From Rhodothermia bacterium (GTDB lineage Bacteria; Bacteroidota; Rhodothermia; Rhodothermales; UBA10348), in assembly GCA_036985715.1 (NCBI GenBank), contig BTQE01000002.1, forward strand, positions 1,607 through 65,606: a stretch of DNA of 64,000 bases. Reading direction: 5' to 3'. The notes beneath the pieces were generated by a model, which was given only the letters and a program-made list of their open reading frames with translations, had not been told where the DNA came from and did not search any database. The translations under genes and the position numbers were made by a program. Of this stretch, positions 8,230 to 17,375 are shown one piece after another (within the stretch, counting starts at the first letter, position 1; each line of letters begins with the position of its first letter).

Positions 8230-9447
8230 ATGGGGAAGGTTAAAATCGATCGATCATCAAGTGTACGTCAAGGCACCGCCGGACGGGCGGATGCCGACGC
8301 GCGATCAGACCTGTCAGTTTCCGTTCATGGCGATGACTCAGGCGAGCTGAAACTGGATATTCAGTCAAAAGTCGAGGCGTTTTACGGCCCTTCGATCCGA
8401 AAAACAGTGGCTGACGCCCTGAAAGCGTTTGGTTTTACGAGCGGACGAGTGGACGTGAACGACCGCGGCGCCCTCCCGTTTGTCATCAGAGCGCGCCTTG
8501 AAACCGCATTGCGACGCGCCGGATACAAAGGTGACGGCCTTGTAAAGCGCAAAAGAGGCAAACGACAATCAACGGAGCGGGACCGCCTACGCAGATCAAG
8601 GCTCTATTTGCCGGGAAACGAGCCGAAGTTCATGATCAATGCCGGCTTGCACCGTCCGGACGCTGTCATTCTGGATCTCGAGGATTCGGTCCATCCGGTT
8701 GAAAAGAACGCAGCCAGACTCTTAGTCCGAAATGCATTGGCAGAAGTAGATTTCATGGGAGCCGAACGGATGGTTCGCATCAATCAACTTCCCTTGGGTC
8801 TAGACGACCTGGACGCGATTGTGCCCGAATTGCCTGACCTGATTCTACTTCCCAAAATTGAGGGTGCGACCGAAGTCAAACACGTGCACAGACGGATTGC
8901 CAGGATTCTAAAAGCGGTCGGTAAGGATAAAGTAATATGGCTAATGCCCATTTTGGAGTCCGCGCTGGGCATCGAGAATGCGTTTGGAATTGCGTCTGCC
9001 GCGGAGACCGTAGTGGCTCTTGCGATGGGATTGGAGGATTATACCGCCGACCTGGATGTTAGAAAAACACTGGAAGGACGAGAGTCTCTTTATGCGAGAA
9101 TGAGGCTTGTGAACGCCGCGCGAGCGGCTGGAGTCCAGGCGAATGACTCGGTGTTCAGTGATGTGGCGGACACGGCAGGTCTATCGGCGTGGGCCACCCG
9201 ATCCAGAGGTATGGGCTATGATGGTATGGGATGTATCCACCCCAGGCAAATCGAACTCATTCACGAGGCATTCGCTCCGACATCGAATGAAATCGAGCAA
9301 GCCCAAAGAATTTGCGACGCGTTCCGAGCCGCCGAGTCCAAAGGATTGAGCGTGGTCAGTTTAGGCTCGCGGATGATTGATCCGCCGGTCGTGTTGCGCG
9401 CAAGACAATTGGTCGAGAATGCTCGGAAAGCAGGGCTTATCCATTAA
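8230..9447 (+). CDS. citE: Fusion of citrate lyase acyl carrier protein (gamma, CitD-like, about aa 1-100) and citrate lyase beta subunit (citryl-ACP lyase, CitE-like)
   Basis: The N-terminal LDIQSKVEAFYGPSIRKTVADALK...VDVNDRGALPFVIRARLETAL matches remembered E. coli CitD (LQINSSVEKQFGDAIR...VDDKGALDCILRARLEALL). A basic linker follows. The rest matches CitE: LYLPGNEPKF..ILDLEDSV, AMGLEDYTADL, GMGCIHPRQIE, GLSVVSLGSRMIDPPVV. Confidence 0.85.
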   Translation: MGKVKIDRSSSVRQGTAGRADADARSDLSVSVHGDDSGELKLDIQSKVEAFYGPSIRKTVADALKAFGFTSGRVDVNDRGALPFVIRARLETALRRAGYKGDGLVKRKRGKRQSTERDRLRRSRLYLPGNEPKFMINAGLHRPDAVILDLEDSVHPVEKNAARLLVRNALAEVDFMGAERMVRINQLPLGLDDLDAIVPELPDLILLPKIEGATEVKHVHRRIARILKAVGKDKVIWLMPILESALGIENAFGIASAAETVVALAMGLEDYTADLDVRKTLEGRESLYARMRLVNAARAAGVQANDSVFSDVADTAGLSAWATRSRGMGYDGMGCIHPRQIELIHEAFAPTSNEIEQAQRICDAFRAAESKGLSVVSLGSRMIDPPVVLRARQLVENARKAGLIH

Positions 9448-9484
9448 TCGGAAAACAACGACGAGCCGAACATCGCTCAGCTTG

Positions 9485-11068
9485 ATGAATCGTATGGGAA
9501 AAGAGGCATCAGTTACGTCATTCGCTGTCAACAAGCTCGGCAGGAGAGTTCCTACAGAAGTGAATGGGACTCTGATCGTGCCCTACAAGGGCGCGAAAGG
9601 ATATAAGCCAAAGGGTTTCAAACACGGCCCGTCCATTCGTTCCAGCCGGGATTACCCTCGTAGTGGCGATAAACGCGTACCGGACCTTACGACGGCGTTG
9701 AAAAAATGCGGACTGAAGGATGGAATGGTAATCTCGTCCCATCACCATCTTCGGAATGGCGACCAAGTTGCTCTGCTGGCGCTTCAGACTGCAGGAAGGA
9801 TGGGAGTGAAAGACCTTGTCTGGTTTCCAAGTGCTTCGTTTCCATGTCAGGAGCCGGTGATTGACCTGATGAAGAACGGCGTCGTGCACCACATTGAAGG
9901 CAGCATGAACGGCCCACTTGGCGAATATTGCTCCAGAGGCAAGATGCGTGGGATGGGCGTACTGCGATCCCATGGAGGTCGATGGCAAGCCGTTCAGGAC
10001 GGCGAAATCAAAATCGATATCGCGATTATCGCCGCCCCTACGGCGGATCCATTTGGCAACGCTGATGGATCTCACGGCCCGTCGGCGTGTGGTTCGCTCG
10101 GCTTCGCCCTTGTCGATTCGATTTATGCTGAAAATGTGATCGTTGTCACCGACAATCTCGTACAATTTCCGTGTCATCCGTGGGAAATCCAGGGAAACAA
10201 CGTGGACTACGTGGTTGAGGTTGAGTCGATAGGAGACCCGGAAAAAATCGTTTCCGGTACCACCCAGATCACCAAGAGCCCGGATCGCCTGTTGATTGCC
10301 GAGTATGTGGCACGGTTCATCAGGGACGCCGGTATCATGAAAGACGGCTTCTCATTTCAGGCAGGGGCAGGCGGTATTGCGCTGGCTTTCGTTGATTTTC
10401 TTAAGGAAATGATGCGGGATGCGGGCATCAGAGCTCGATTTGTTCGCGGTGGGTCAACACAGTATTTGGTTGATATGCTTGAGGAGGGCCTGACCGACTA
10501 CATACTTGACGGACAGACATTTGATTTAGCAGGGGTCGAATCTATAGGTTCGCATCCCAATCACGTAGCGACGACGCCGTTTACGTCCTATAATTTTCAC
10601 GGGAAAGGAAATTTCGCTAGCCTCGTAGATGCTGTTGTGCTTGGGGCTACGGAAGTCGACATCAATTTTAATGGAAACGTTGTCACCCATTCCGATGGGT
10701 TGTTGCTTCATGGAATCGGCGGGTGGCAAAATTGCCTGGCTGGTGGCTGTACGATCCTGGCCGTACCCGCGTTTCGAGATCGTATTCCGGTGATTGTGGA
10801 TGAGGTTACAACGATCACAGGTCCGGGAGAATTGATTGACGTGGTTGTATGTGAGAGGGGTATCGCGATTAATCCTCGCAGGAAAGATCTCTTGCGTAGG
10901 CTACGGAACTCCGATTTGCCCATACGACCGATTGACGACATACAGAAGGAGGTTCGAAATCTATTGGGTGGTAAACCCAGAAAAGCCCGCATCTCTGACA
11001 CGCCGGTCGCCGTAATCAAGTGGATTGATGGTACTGTCATTGACACCGTTTGGCAGGTGCCCGAATAA
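9485..11068 (+). CDS. citF: Citrate lyase alpha subunit (citrate CoA-transferase, CitF)
   Basis: GLKDGMVISSHHHLRNGD (compare E. coli GLQDGMTVSFHHAFRGGD). The C-terminus TPVAVIKWIDGTVIDTVWQVPE nearly matches E. coli DRVVAVVRYRDGSVIDVVHQVKE. The start was moved from the track value 9377 to the ATG at 9485, downstream of the CitE stop. The ATG at 9494 is also possible. Confidence 0.88.
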   Translation: MNRMGKEASVTSFAVNKLGRRVPTEVNGTLIVPYKGAKGYKPKGFKHGPSIRSSRDYPRSGDKRVPDLTTALKKCGLKDGMVISSHHHLRNGDQVALLALQTAGRMGVKDLVWFPSASFPCQEPVIDLMKNGVVHHIEGSMNGPLGEYCSRGKMRGMGVLRSHGGRWQAVQDGEIKIDIAIIAAPTADPFGNADGSHGPSACGSLGFALVDSIYAENVIVVTDNLVQFPCHPWEIQGNNVDYVVEVESIGDPEKIVSGTTQITKSPDRLLIAEYVARFIRDAGIMKDGFSFQAGAGGIALAFVDFLKEMMRDAGIRARFVRGGSTQYLVDMLEEGLTDYILDGQTFDLAGVESIGSHPNHVATTPFTSYNFHGKGNFASLVDAVVLGATEVDINFNGNVVTHSDGLLLHGIGGWQNCLAGGCTILAVPAFRDRIPVIVDEVTTITGPGELIDVVVCERGIAINPRRKDLLRRLRNSDLPIRPIDDIQKEVRNLLGGKPRKARISDTPVAVIKWIDGTVIDTVWQVPE

Positions 11069-11190
11069 TGGTGCGTGAGTACTGGTGTCCGAGAATTAGT
11101 GCCCGAAGAACATGGTCTCCAAACCCAAGCGCCCAACAACGTGGATGCAGGGGAGGCCAGGAAATTTTTAATATCGAAATAGATCTAAGA

Positions 11191-12765
11191 ATGAAGCCGC
11201 ATCGCATATTTATTTCCGGACTGACCCTTTTCGTCATGTCCGCATTTCTGAGTGCATCCCAGAGCTTTGGTCAATCCTATCCCACAGACGATCCTGTGAT
11301 TCAACAGATATGGGAGGAGGGTATCAATAACTCGCAAACCGAAGCGTTGGCACATCGGCTCATTGATTACTATGGCCCTCGCCTGGCCGGCTCGCCCAAC
11401 CTTGCGGCTGCTCAGGACTGGTTGGTCGAAACGTACGAGAGTTGGGGGGTGCCAGTTCGAAAAGAGCAGTACGGCACCTGGAACGGCTGGCAGCAGGGTA
11501 CTCTTCACGTCGATATGCTTGAACCTCGTGTTCGAACCCTGGAAACTCATTTGCTTGCATGGAGCCCCGGTACAAATGGTACCGTCCAGGGCGAGGTGGT
11601 GGTTCCACCTGAGGGAATGGACAGCAAATCTGCGGCTGAATGGCTTTCCACGGTCCGCAGCAAATTCGTTCTTCTTTCTGCTCCGGAACCCACGTGTCGT
11701 GCAAATCAGGAATTGAAGAGATATGCTCGCGAGGAGACGGTCGAACGGCTTGACTCCATTCGCATGGCCAACAGACGGTCGTTTAACTTACGGACACAAC
11801 CGATTGTAGCTGCAACCGAGGAGTCTCCCATAACTGCCGTTGATTCCGCGGGAGCAGCCGGAGTGATCACGTCGCGCTGGTCCGGAGGCTGGGGCGTGAA
11901 CAAAGTCTTTCGTACAAGCACGAAACAGGCGGTAGGGATCGATATGTCGTGTGAGGACTACGGTCTACTGTTCAGATTGATCGAGAATGGAACGACCCCG
12001 GTACTTCGCGCTAATGCAGAAAGCCAGGATCTTGGCGAGGTACCTCAATTCAATGTCATCGCTCAATTGACGGGAACGGAGCTACCGGATGAATATGTGT
12101 TGCTTGGTGCTCATTTGGATTCGTGGCATTCAGCAAGTGGAGCTACAGATAATGGGACCGGTTCGATTACCATGCTGGAAGCGATGCGGATTCTAAAGAC
12201 GGCTTATCCCAAGCCTCGTCGGACCATTATAGTGGGGCACTGGGGGGCGGAGGAGATGGGACAAATCGGTTCGAGTTCCTTCAGGGAAGATCATCCCGAG
12301 GTGGTTGAGGGACTTCAGGCCGCATTCAACCAGGACAATGGTACGTGGCGATTTGAAAGAATCGAGGGTCAGGGATATCTCGATTCTGCGGCACATATTC
12401 CTAAATGGATGGCCGTCGTTCCGAGAGAGATCGCGGACACGATCCTGTTGGAAGTACCCGGTCCGATGAATAATACCGGGAGCGATCATACATCATTTGT
12501 CTGCGCTGGCGCCCCAAGTTTTCGCCTTCAGTCACCTTACGACGAATATCGTCAGTACACCTGGCATACCAACCGTGATACGTACGACAAAATTGTTTTC
12601 GACGATTTGAAGGAAAACGCGACTGTGACCGCCATGCTGGCGTACATGGCCTCGGAAGATCCAGTTCGGTTTGATCGAACAAGAGCGAATCTACCTGTGT
12701 CCTCTCGCACCGGACGTGCGAGACAAGTTGGAGCGTGTCGCCCAGCCAGACGAGAGCCACGATAG
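11191..12765 (+). CDS. Secreted M28-family metallopeptidase (aminopeptidase)
   Basis: The start was moved to the ATG at 11191, which gives a signal peptide (MKPHRIFISGLTLFVMSAFLSASQSFGQ). M28 motifs are present: GAHLDSWHSASGATDNGTGSITMLEAMRIL and GHWGAEEMGQIGS. Confidence 0.85.
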   Translation: MKPHRIFISGLTLFVMSAFLSASQSFGQSYPTDDPVIQQIWEEGINNSQTEALAHRLIDYYGPRLAGSPNLAAAQDWLVETYESWGVPVRKEQYGTWNGWQQGTLHVDMLEPRVRTLETHLLAWSPGTNGTVQGEVVVPPEGMDSKSAAEWLSTVRSKFVLLSAPEPTCRANQELKRYAREETVERLDSIRMANRRSFNLRTQPIVAATEESPITAVDSAGAAGVITSRWSGGWGVNKVFRTSTKQAVGIDMSCEDYGLLFRLIENGTTPVLRANAESQDLGEVPQFNVIAQLTGTELPDEYVLLGAHLDSWHSASGATDNGTGSITMLEAMRILKTAYPKPRRTIIVGHWGAEEMGQIGSSSFREDHPEVVEGLQAAFNQDNGTWRFERIEGQGYLDSAAHIPKWMAVVPREIADTILLEVPGPMNNTGSDHTSFVCAGAPSFRLQSPYDEYRQYTWHTNRDTYDKIVFDDLKENATVTAMLAYMASEDPVRFDRTRANLPVSSRTGRARQVGACRPARREPR

Positions 12766-12786
12766 TTTCAGTAGCGCACCAACGAC

Positions 12787-14097
12787 ATGACTTCAAGCCG
12801 CCAGGAGGCGCTTCGCGAACTGGAGCGAATTGAACACGGCGGAGCATTCATCGGGCTTGCCCGACGGTCCAGGGCTTCTAAGATCGAGCATGACGGAAAG
12901 CTGTCTGATCTGGTTGCCGGAGTAACGAGGCGGCGGCGCTGGCTCGATTTTCTGGTGGATCAGTTCTATGAGGGAGATCCAGAGTCTCTAGAACCAGCCG
13001 TTCGGAATATTCTTCGCATGGGCGTGTATGAATTGTTACATACGCAGACGCCGGATCATGCCGTGGTGAATGAAAGCGTCAACTGTGCTAAGGCGGAGGT
13101 CGGTAAACGGGTTACCGGGCTGGTGAATGGTATTCTCAGACGTACGATTAGAGAAAGAAATTCCCTGCCGGCGCCAACCGGTACCGGGCCCGTGGATGCA
13201 CTCGCAATAGCTCACTCTCATCCCACCTGGATGGTTGAGCGTTGGTTCGATCGCCTGGGGGAATCGAAAACGGTCGACTTGCTTGAGCACAACAATGAGC
13301 GGCCTCGATTCGGTCTGCGTCTTCGAACACTGGACCGATCCAAGCTTCTTGAACAGATGGTAGACGAGGGGGCCGAAGCGTCGCCGTTTTTCGAGGACTT
13401 CATCCGGTCGACAAGGCTGCATCCATTCTTTCGGGAGGGACTTGTGCAGGAAGGAGCGCTACTCGTTCAAGACGAAGCCGCTGGTGGCGTCGTACGGGTC
13501 GTGGACCCGCAACCGGGTGAGAGAATACTTGATGCCTGCGCCGCTCCTGGCGGCAAAGCGATATACATGGCTGACCTGGTAGGCACTACCGGACTCATCA
13601 TGGGTATCGACAACAACGAGTCTCGTCTTCGACTTCTTGAGTCAGAGGCAAATCGCTTGAATCTTCCGCAGGTTAAGACGCGTGTTGTCGACCTTCGGGA
13701 ACGTTCTGAGTCAGAGATAGGGGAGCAGTATGACAAAGTCTTATTGGATGCACCATGTTCAGGGCTGGGCGTACTGTCGAAAAGGGCCGACCTCAGGTGG
13801 AGGTCAAGCCTGGACCAGATTGACGAGCTCTCACGGCTTCAGGATGAACTCCTCGATACCGTGAGCCGATTTGTTAAACTGGGGGGATTACTCGTCTACA
13901 GTACGTGTACCCTGGAGCCCGAGGAGAACGAAGACAGAGTGAGCGCCTTTTTGAAACGAAACAAGACATTCTATCTGGAGCCTGTTCAGGATGCAGTACC
14001 CGCTCCACTGGTGGACGTAGAGGGGCATTACCGAACCCTTCCCTACGAGAGCGCCATCGACGGGGCGTTCGCGGCCCGATTGCGGAAGGTTGCCTGA
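12787..14097 (+). CDS. rsmB: 16S rRNA (cytosine967-C5)-methyltransferase RsmB (NusB-like N domain plus NOL1/NOP2/Sun methyltransferase)
   Basis: 436 aa with HPTWMVERW, LDACAAPGGK, LLDAPCSGLGV, LVYSTCTLEPEENE. Confidence 0.85.
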   Translation: MTSSRQEALRELERIEHGGAFIGLARRSRASKIEHDGKLSDLVAGVTRRRRWLDFLVDQFYEGDPESLEPAVRNILRMGVYELLHTQTPDHAVVNESVNCAKAEVGKRVTGLVNGILRRTIRERNSLPAPTGTGPVDALAIAHSHPTWMVERWFDRLGESKTVDLLEHNNERPRFGLRLRTLDRSKLLEQMVDEGAEASPFFEDFIRSTRLHPFFREGLVQEGALLVQDEAAGGVVRVVDPQPGERILDACAAPGGKAIYMADLVGTTGLIMGIDNNESRLRLLESEANRLNLPQVKTRVVDLRERSESEIGEQYDKVLLDAPCSGLGVLSKRADLRWRSSLDQIDELSRLQDELLDTVSRFVKLGGLLVYSTCTLEPEENEDRVSAFLKRNKTFYLEPVQDAVPAPLVDVEGHYRTLPYESAIDGAFAARLRKVA

Positions 14098-14261
14098 ATC
14101 AGGTTGCCTCAAAACGACTGCCTGGATAAAGAATGCCCGAACCAGGGGAGTAATCGGCCCCCTCGAAACCTTGACGCACATTGGGCATACGTCATGCGGT
14201 TGCCAGAGCACATCGGAGTCTAATCGGCACCATCACCGTTCTGTGACCCAGGCGCTTCTGT

Positions 14262-15392
14262 ATGTTTCGAGTACAACGATTTAATTCACCCTACCTGCGT
14301 TTTCTGACATTGGCGGTTGCGGTTCTCTTCGCCAACGTCTTCCTGGTCAGTCCGATATTTGGTCAGAAAGTGGCCAAGTACGGGGCGGATTTCCTGGCAG
14401 GAGGGGTTGGTGCCAGAGCGCTGGGAATGGGCGGTGCGCATATCGCTATTGCCTCTGATGCCAATGCAGGGTATTGGAATCCTGCCGGATTGGAAGGAAT
14501 CACGTACCCCGAGATTTCCTACATGCATGCAGAGCGGTTTTCAGGAGTGGTCTCATTTGATTTCGCTGGGGTAGCGTGGCCGCTTTCAGATATTTCTACC
14601 ATCGGTGTTTCGTTCTATCGGAGTGGGGTCAACGATATTAAGAACACCCTCGATGCTTGGGATTCTGAACGAAATGCCCCGAAGCCCAATCCGGAAGATT
14701 TTATTACATCGTTTTCGGCAGCGGATTATGCATTTTTCTTTGGATACGGACGAACGATTTCACGCAAGGTCCGAATCGGCGTTACGGGTAAGATCATCCG
14801 CAGGACCATCGGCGACTTTGCAGACGCGTGGGGGTACAGTTTTGACGTGGGTTTGCAGTATCGGTCGAAGAATCTTTTCCTCGGCTTCAACGCTCAGGAT
14901 ATCACAACCATGTTGCAGAGCTGGAGTGTTAACGATGCGGCGCTGATCAATATTCGAGACGTGTTCGGTGACGATTTGCCGAAAGGAGGCACGGAGCTGG
15001 TTCTCCCCGTTCTTCGACTCGGGAGCGGCTATATGATTCACTACACGGAGGCAGATCTTACGTTCGCGTTCGACGTGGATGTAGCGTTTGATGGCCAGCA
15101 GGCAAATGCCATCAACCTGGGCGATGCATCATTTCATCCTCGTCTCGGGGTTGAGTACATGTACAAGGGGGTCGTTGCACTTCGCGGCGGCTTCAGTCGT
15201 ATTCAGCATTCAACAAAAGATGGCTGGGACGTGACACCTTCGGTCGGAGCGGGATTTCGAATCAAGCAGATCCAGATAGACTATGGCTTCGGAGATTTTG
15301 CCGGTTTAGTTTCTGAACTCGGTTTTTCGCATCGTATTTCGCTCAAATTCTCGGTCATGAATGAGCGTTTCCGACGAGACCAGCCCGATTGA
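14262..15392 (+). CDS. PorV/PorQ-family outer-membrane beta-barrel protein
   Basis: Signal peptide followed by the family-typical GADFLAGGVGARALGMGGAHIAIASDANAGYWNPAGL. The rest shows an alternating beta-strand pattern and ends in ...ISLKFSV. Confidence 0.65.
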   Translation: MFRVQRFNSPYLRFLTLAVAVLFANVFLVSPIFGQKVAKYGADFLAGGVGARALGMGGAHIAIASDANAGYWNPAGLEGITYPEISYMHAERFSGVVSFDFAGVAWPLSDISTIGVSFYRSGVNDIKNTLDAWDSERNAPKPNPEDFITSFSAADYAFFFGYGRTISRKVRIGVTGKIIRRTIGDFADAWGYSFDVGLQYRSKNLFLGFNAQDITTMLQSWSVNDAALINIRDVFGDDLPKGGTELVLPVLRLGSGYMIHYTEADLTFAFDVDVAFDGQQANAINLGDASFHPRLGVEYMYKGVVALRGGFSRIQHSTKDGWDVTPSVGAGFRIKQIQIDYGFGDFAGLVSELGFSHRISLKFSVMNERFRRDQPD

Positions 15393-15567
15393 GATTTGCA
15401 CCCGCGCGTTGCAGCGGCCGCCATTTGAGTATCGGTTTGCCGGACCCCGGCGGGGCGAGATGTTCGTATTTTCAAACAATTGAGGAGTTTTTGGTCACGG
15501 TGATTGGTTAGGAACGAGCGCTAGCGGTCGTTAAATTTGCTCACGTTTCGGCCAGATCGTACCAACA

Positions 15568-16572
15568 GTGTCTCATTCGGCTTCAAAATCGTCGGTTAGT
15601 CTTGTTATTCCTCTCTTCAATGAGGAAGACGTCATTCCCTTGCTCATCAGGGAAATCCAGGCATTTCGGACCCAGCGCTCGGAAAATATTCAGATCATTT
15701 TTGTGGACGACGGCAGTACGGATCGTTCGGCTCGATTGATTCGCGAGTTGACGGAGGGGATATCCGGCTACACTCTCGTTCGATTCTCTCGAAATTTTGG
15801 ACATCAGCTTGCGGTTACAGCAGGTCTTGAATTGGCCCACACTGATGCGGCCGTGATTATGGATGCTGATCTGCAGGATCCACTGGATGTTGCAGGTCAA
15901 ATGATTGATAAATGGAAGGAGGGATTCGACGTCGTCTACGGGATTCGTAGAGAACGAGAGGACACAACACTATTACATTCCTGGTCTGCGAGGATGTTCT
16001 ATCGGTTTTTCAAGCGATTTTCGGATGTAGAGGCTCCTCTTGACGCAGGGGATTTTAGGCTTCTTTCGCGAAGGACGCTCGATGCCTATCGAAAGTTTGG
16101 AGAGCAGCAGCCCTACGTCCGGGGACTCATCGCATGGCTTGGATTCAACCAGGTCGGACTGGAATACGTCCGGCCGGGAAGAGCGGCTGGAAAAAGTAAA
16201 TATACCTGGCGTAGCCTGATTCAACTCGCCTTTGACGGTATAGCCTCTTTCTCTGGAAAGCCTCTCCGGTACGCCGTTAGGCTGGGTTTAGTCGTTTCCG
16301 GATTGTCGATATTTGGCCTGATCTGGGTACTCCTGATCAAATATGTGATTGGGACCACCGTTTCTGGTTGGGCATCTCTCATATTCGTTGGCTTCTTCTT
16401 TGGTGGTCTACAACTCTTCTTCCTTGGCGTAGTGGGTTCGTATGTGGCGCGAGTGTACGACGAAGTAAAGGCACGCCCACGCTTCGTCATCAAGGATACT
16501 TTTCATTCTACGTCTCCGCGGGAGCATTCCGAAGCTGAGAAAGTACCAGCGATCGAAACGAGCCGACCCTAA
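15568..16572 (+). CDS. GT2-family polyprenyl-phosphate glycosyltransferase (GtrB/ArnC/DPM1-like) with two C-terminal TM helices
   Basis: GTG start. Motifs VSLVIPLFNEED, IIFVDDGSTD, VIMDADLQDP. C-terminal hydrophobic helices LGLVVSGLSIFGLIWVLLI and LIFVGFFFGGLQLFFLGVVG. Confidence 0.85.
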   Translation: MSHSASKSSVSLVIPLFNEEDVIPLLIREIQAFRTQRSENIQIIFVDDGSTDRSARLIRELTEGISGYTLVRFSRNFGHQLAVTAGLELAHTDAAVIMDADLQDPLDVAGQMIDKWKEGFDVVYGIRREREDTTLLHSWSARMFYRFFKRFSDVEAPLDAGDFRLLSRRTLDAYRKFGEQQPYVRGLIAWLGFNQVGLEYVRPGRAAGKSKYTWRSLIQLAFDGIASFSGKPLRYAVRLGLVVSGLSIFGLIWVLLIKYVIGTTVSGWASLIFVGFFFGGLQLFFLGVVGSYVARVYDEVKARPRFVIKDTFHSTSPREHSEAEKVPAIETSRP

Positions 16573-16583
16573 TTAAGGAACCA

Positions 16584-17345
16584 ATGCAGTTCAACAAGGA
16601 TGATTGGTTTAGTATGGGAGGAAGCCTTGTGCTTCATCTGGTGCTACTGTTGATGTTATCTCTCATGATGGGTGTCTCGTCAGAAGAGACTCCGGTCGGC
16701 TTTATCGAAGTAGATTTCGGTCCATTTGCCGAGGGCCGACCGGTTGTCAGCGCTCGTCCACAGCTCGAAGACTTCACTCATGGACCGGAAGAGGCAGACC
16801 CGCAAGAGGAGGAGCAGCCGGCTGTCGCTCCACCAGAAGAGGTTCGACCCGTCGATTTGCCTGAACAGGTCGTGGAAATTGATGATTCCGAGGTCGTCGA
16901 CATTCCCGAGGCTGAAACCATTGCCCCGGACGAGTCTCAAGCGGAGGAAGATATTGTTGACGAAGTACCCCAACCGGCTACCGAGACGATTCAACCTCTT
17001 GGAAGCGGGTCCCTGACGGACATCCATGGAGACGAACCGGGTGATGCAGGGGATTCGAATGATCCCGAAAAATCATCACCCTTCCAGATAGAAGGACTGA
17101 ACAGAGTCCCCGTCAGTACACCGTTGCCTGTCTATTCGGAACAGGTTAACGCGATTATTCAAGTCCGGATTGTCGTGGATCCACAGGGCCGCCTCATTCG
17201 CCGGATCCCTCTTCTCAAAGGAAATGCCAGCCTGGAAAAAGCCGTCATGGACGCCTTGCTGCGATGGCGCTTCAACCCACTTCCGGCTAACGCACCACAG
17301 GAAAATCAGACCGGGCAGGTCACGTTCCGTTTTACGCTTCGTTAG
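16584..17345 (+). CDS. TonB-family energy transducer
   Basis: N-terminal TM anchor (GGSLVLHLVLLLMLSLMM), an acidic Pro/Glu-rich linker, and a C-terminal TonB_C-like domain (PVYSEQVNAIIQVRIVVDPQGRL...LLRWRFNP). Confidence 0.75.
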   Translation: MQFNKDDWFSMGGSLVLHLVLLLMLSLMMGVSSEETPVGFIEVDFGPFAEGRPVVSARPQLEDFTHGPEEADPQEEEQPAVAPPEEVRPVDLPEQVVEIDDSEVVDIPEAETIAPDESQAEEDIVDEVPQPATETIQPLGSGSLTDIHGDEPGDAGDSNDPEKSSPFQIEGLNRVPVSTPLPVYSEQVNAIIQVRIVVDPQGRLIRRIPLLKGNASLEKAVMDALLRWRFNPLPANAPQENQTGQVTFRFTLR

Positions 17346-17375
17346 AGAATCAAGCCCGCCAAGAGATCGAGGCAT

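Noticed and set aside
9518-10177. 219-aa ORF antisense to citF
   Set aside because: It lies fully inside a strongly supported CitF coding region, has no motifs, and is a typical antisense open frame.
15440-15465. GC-rich hairpin GCCGGACCCCGGC after the PorV-like gene
   Set aside because: It has a 5-bp stem and a 3-nt loop and is not followed by a T-tract, so it is not a convincing intrinsic terminator.
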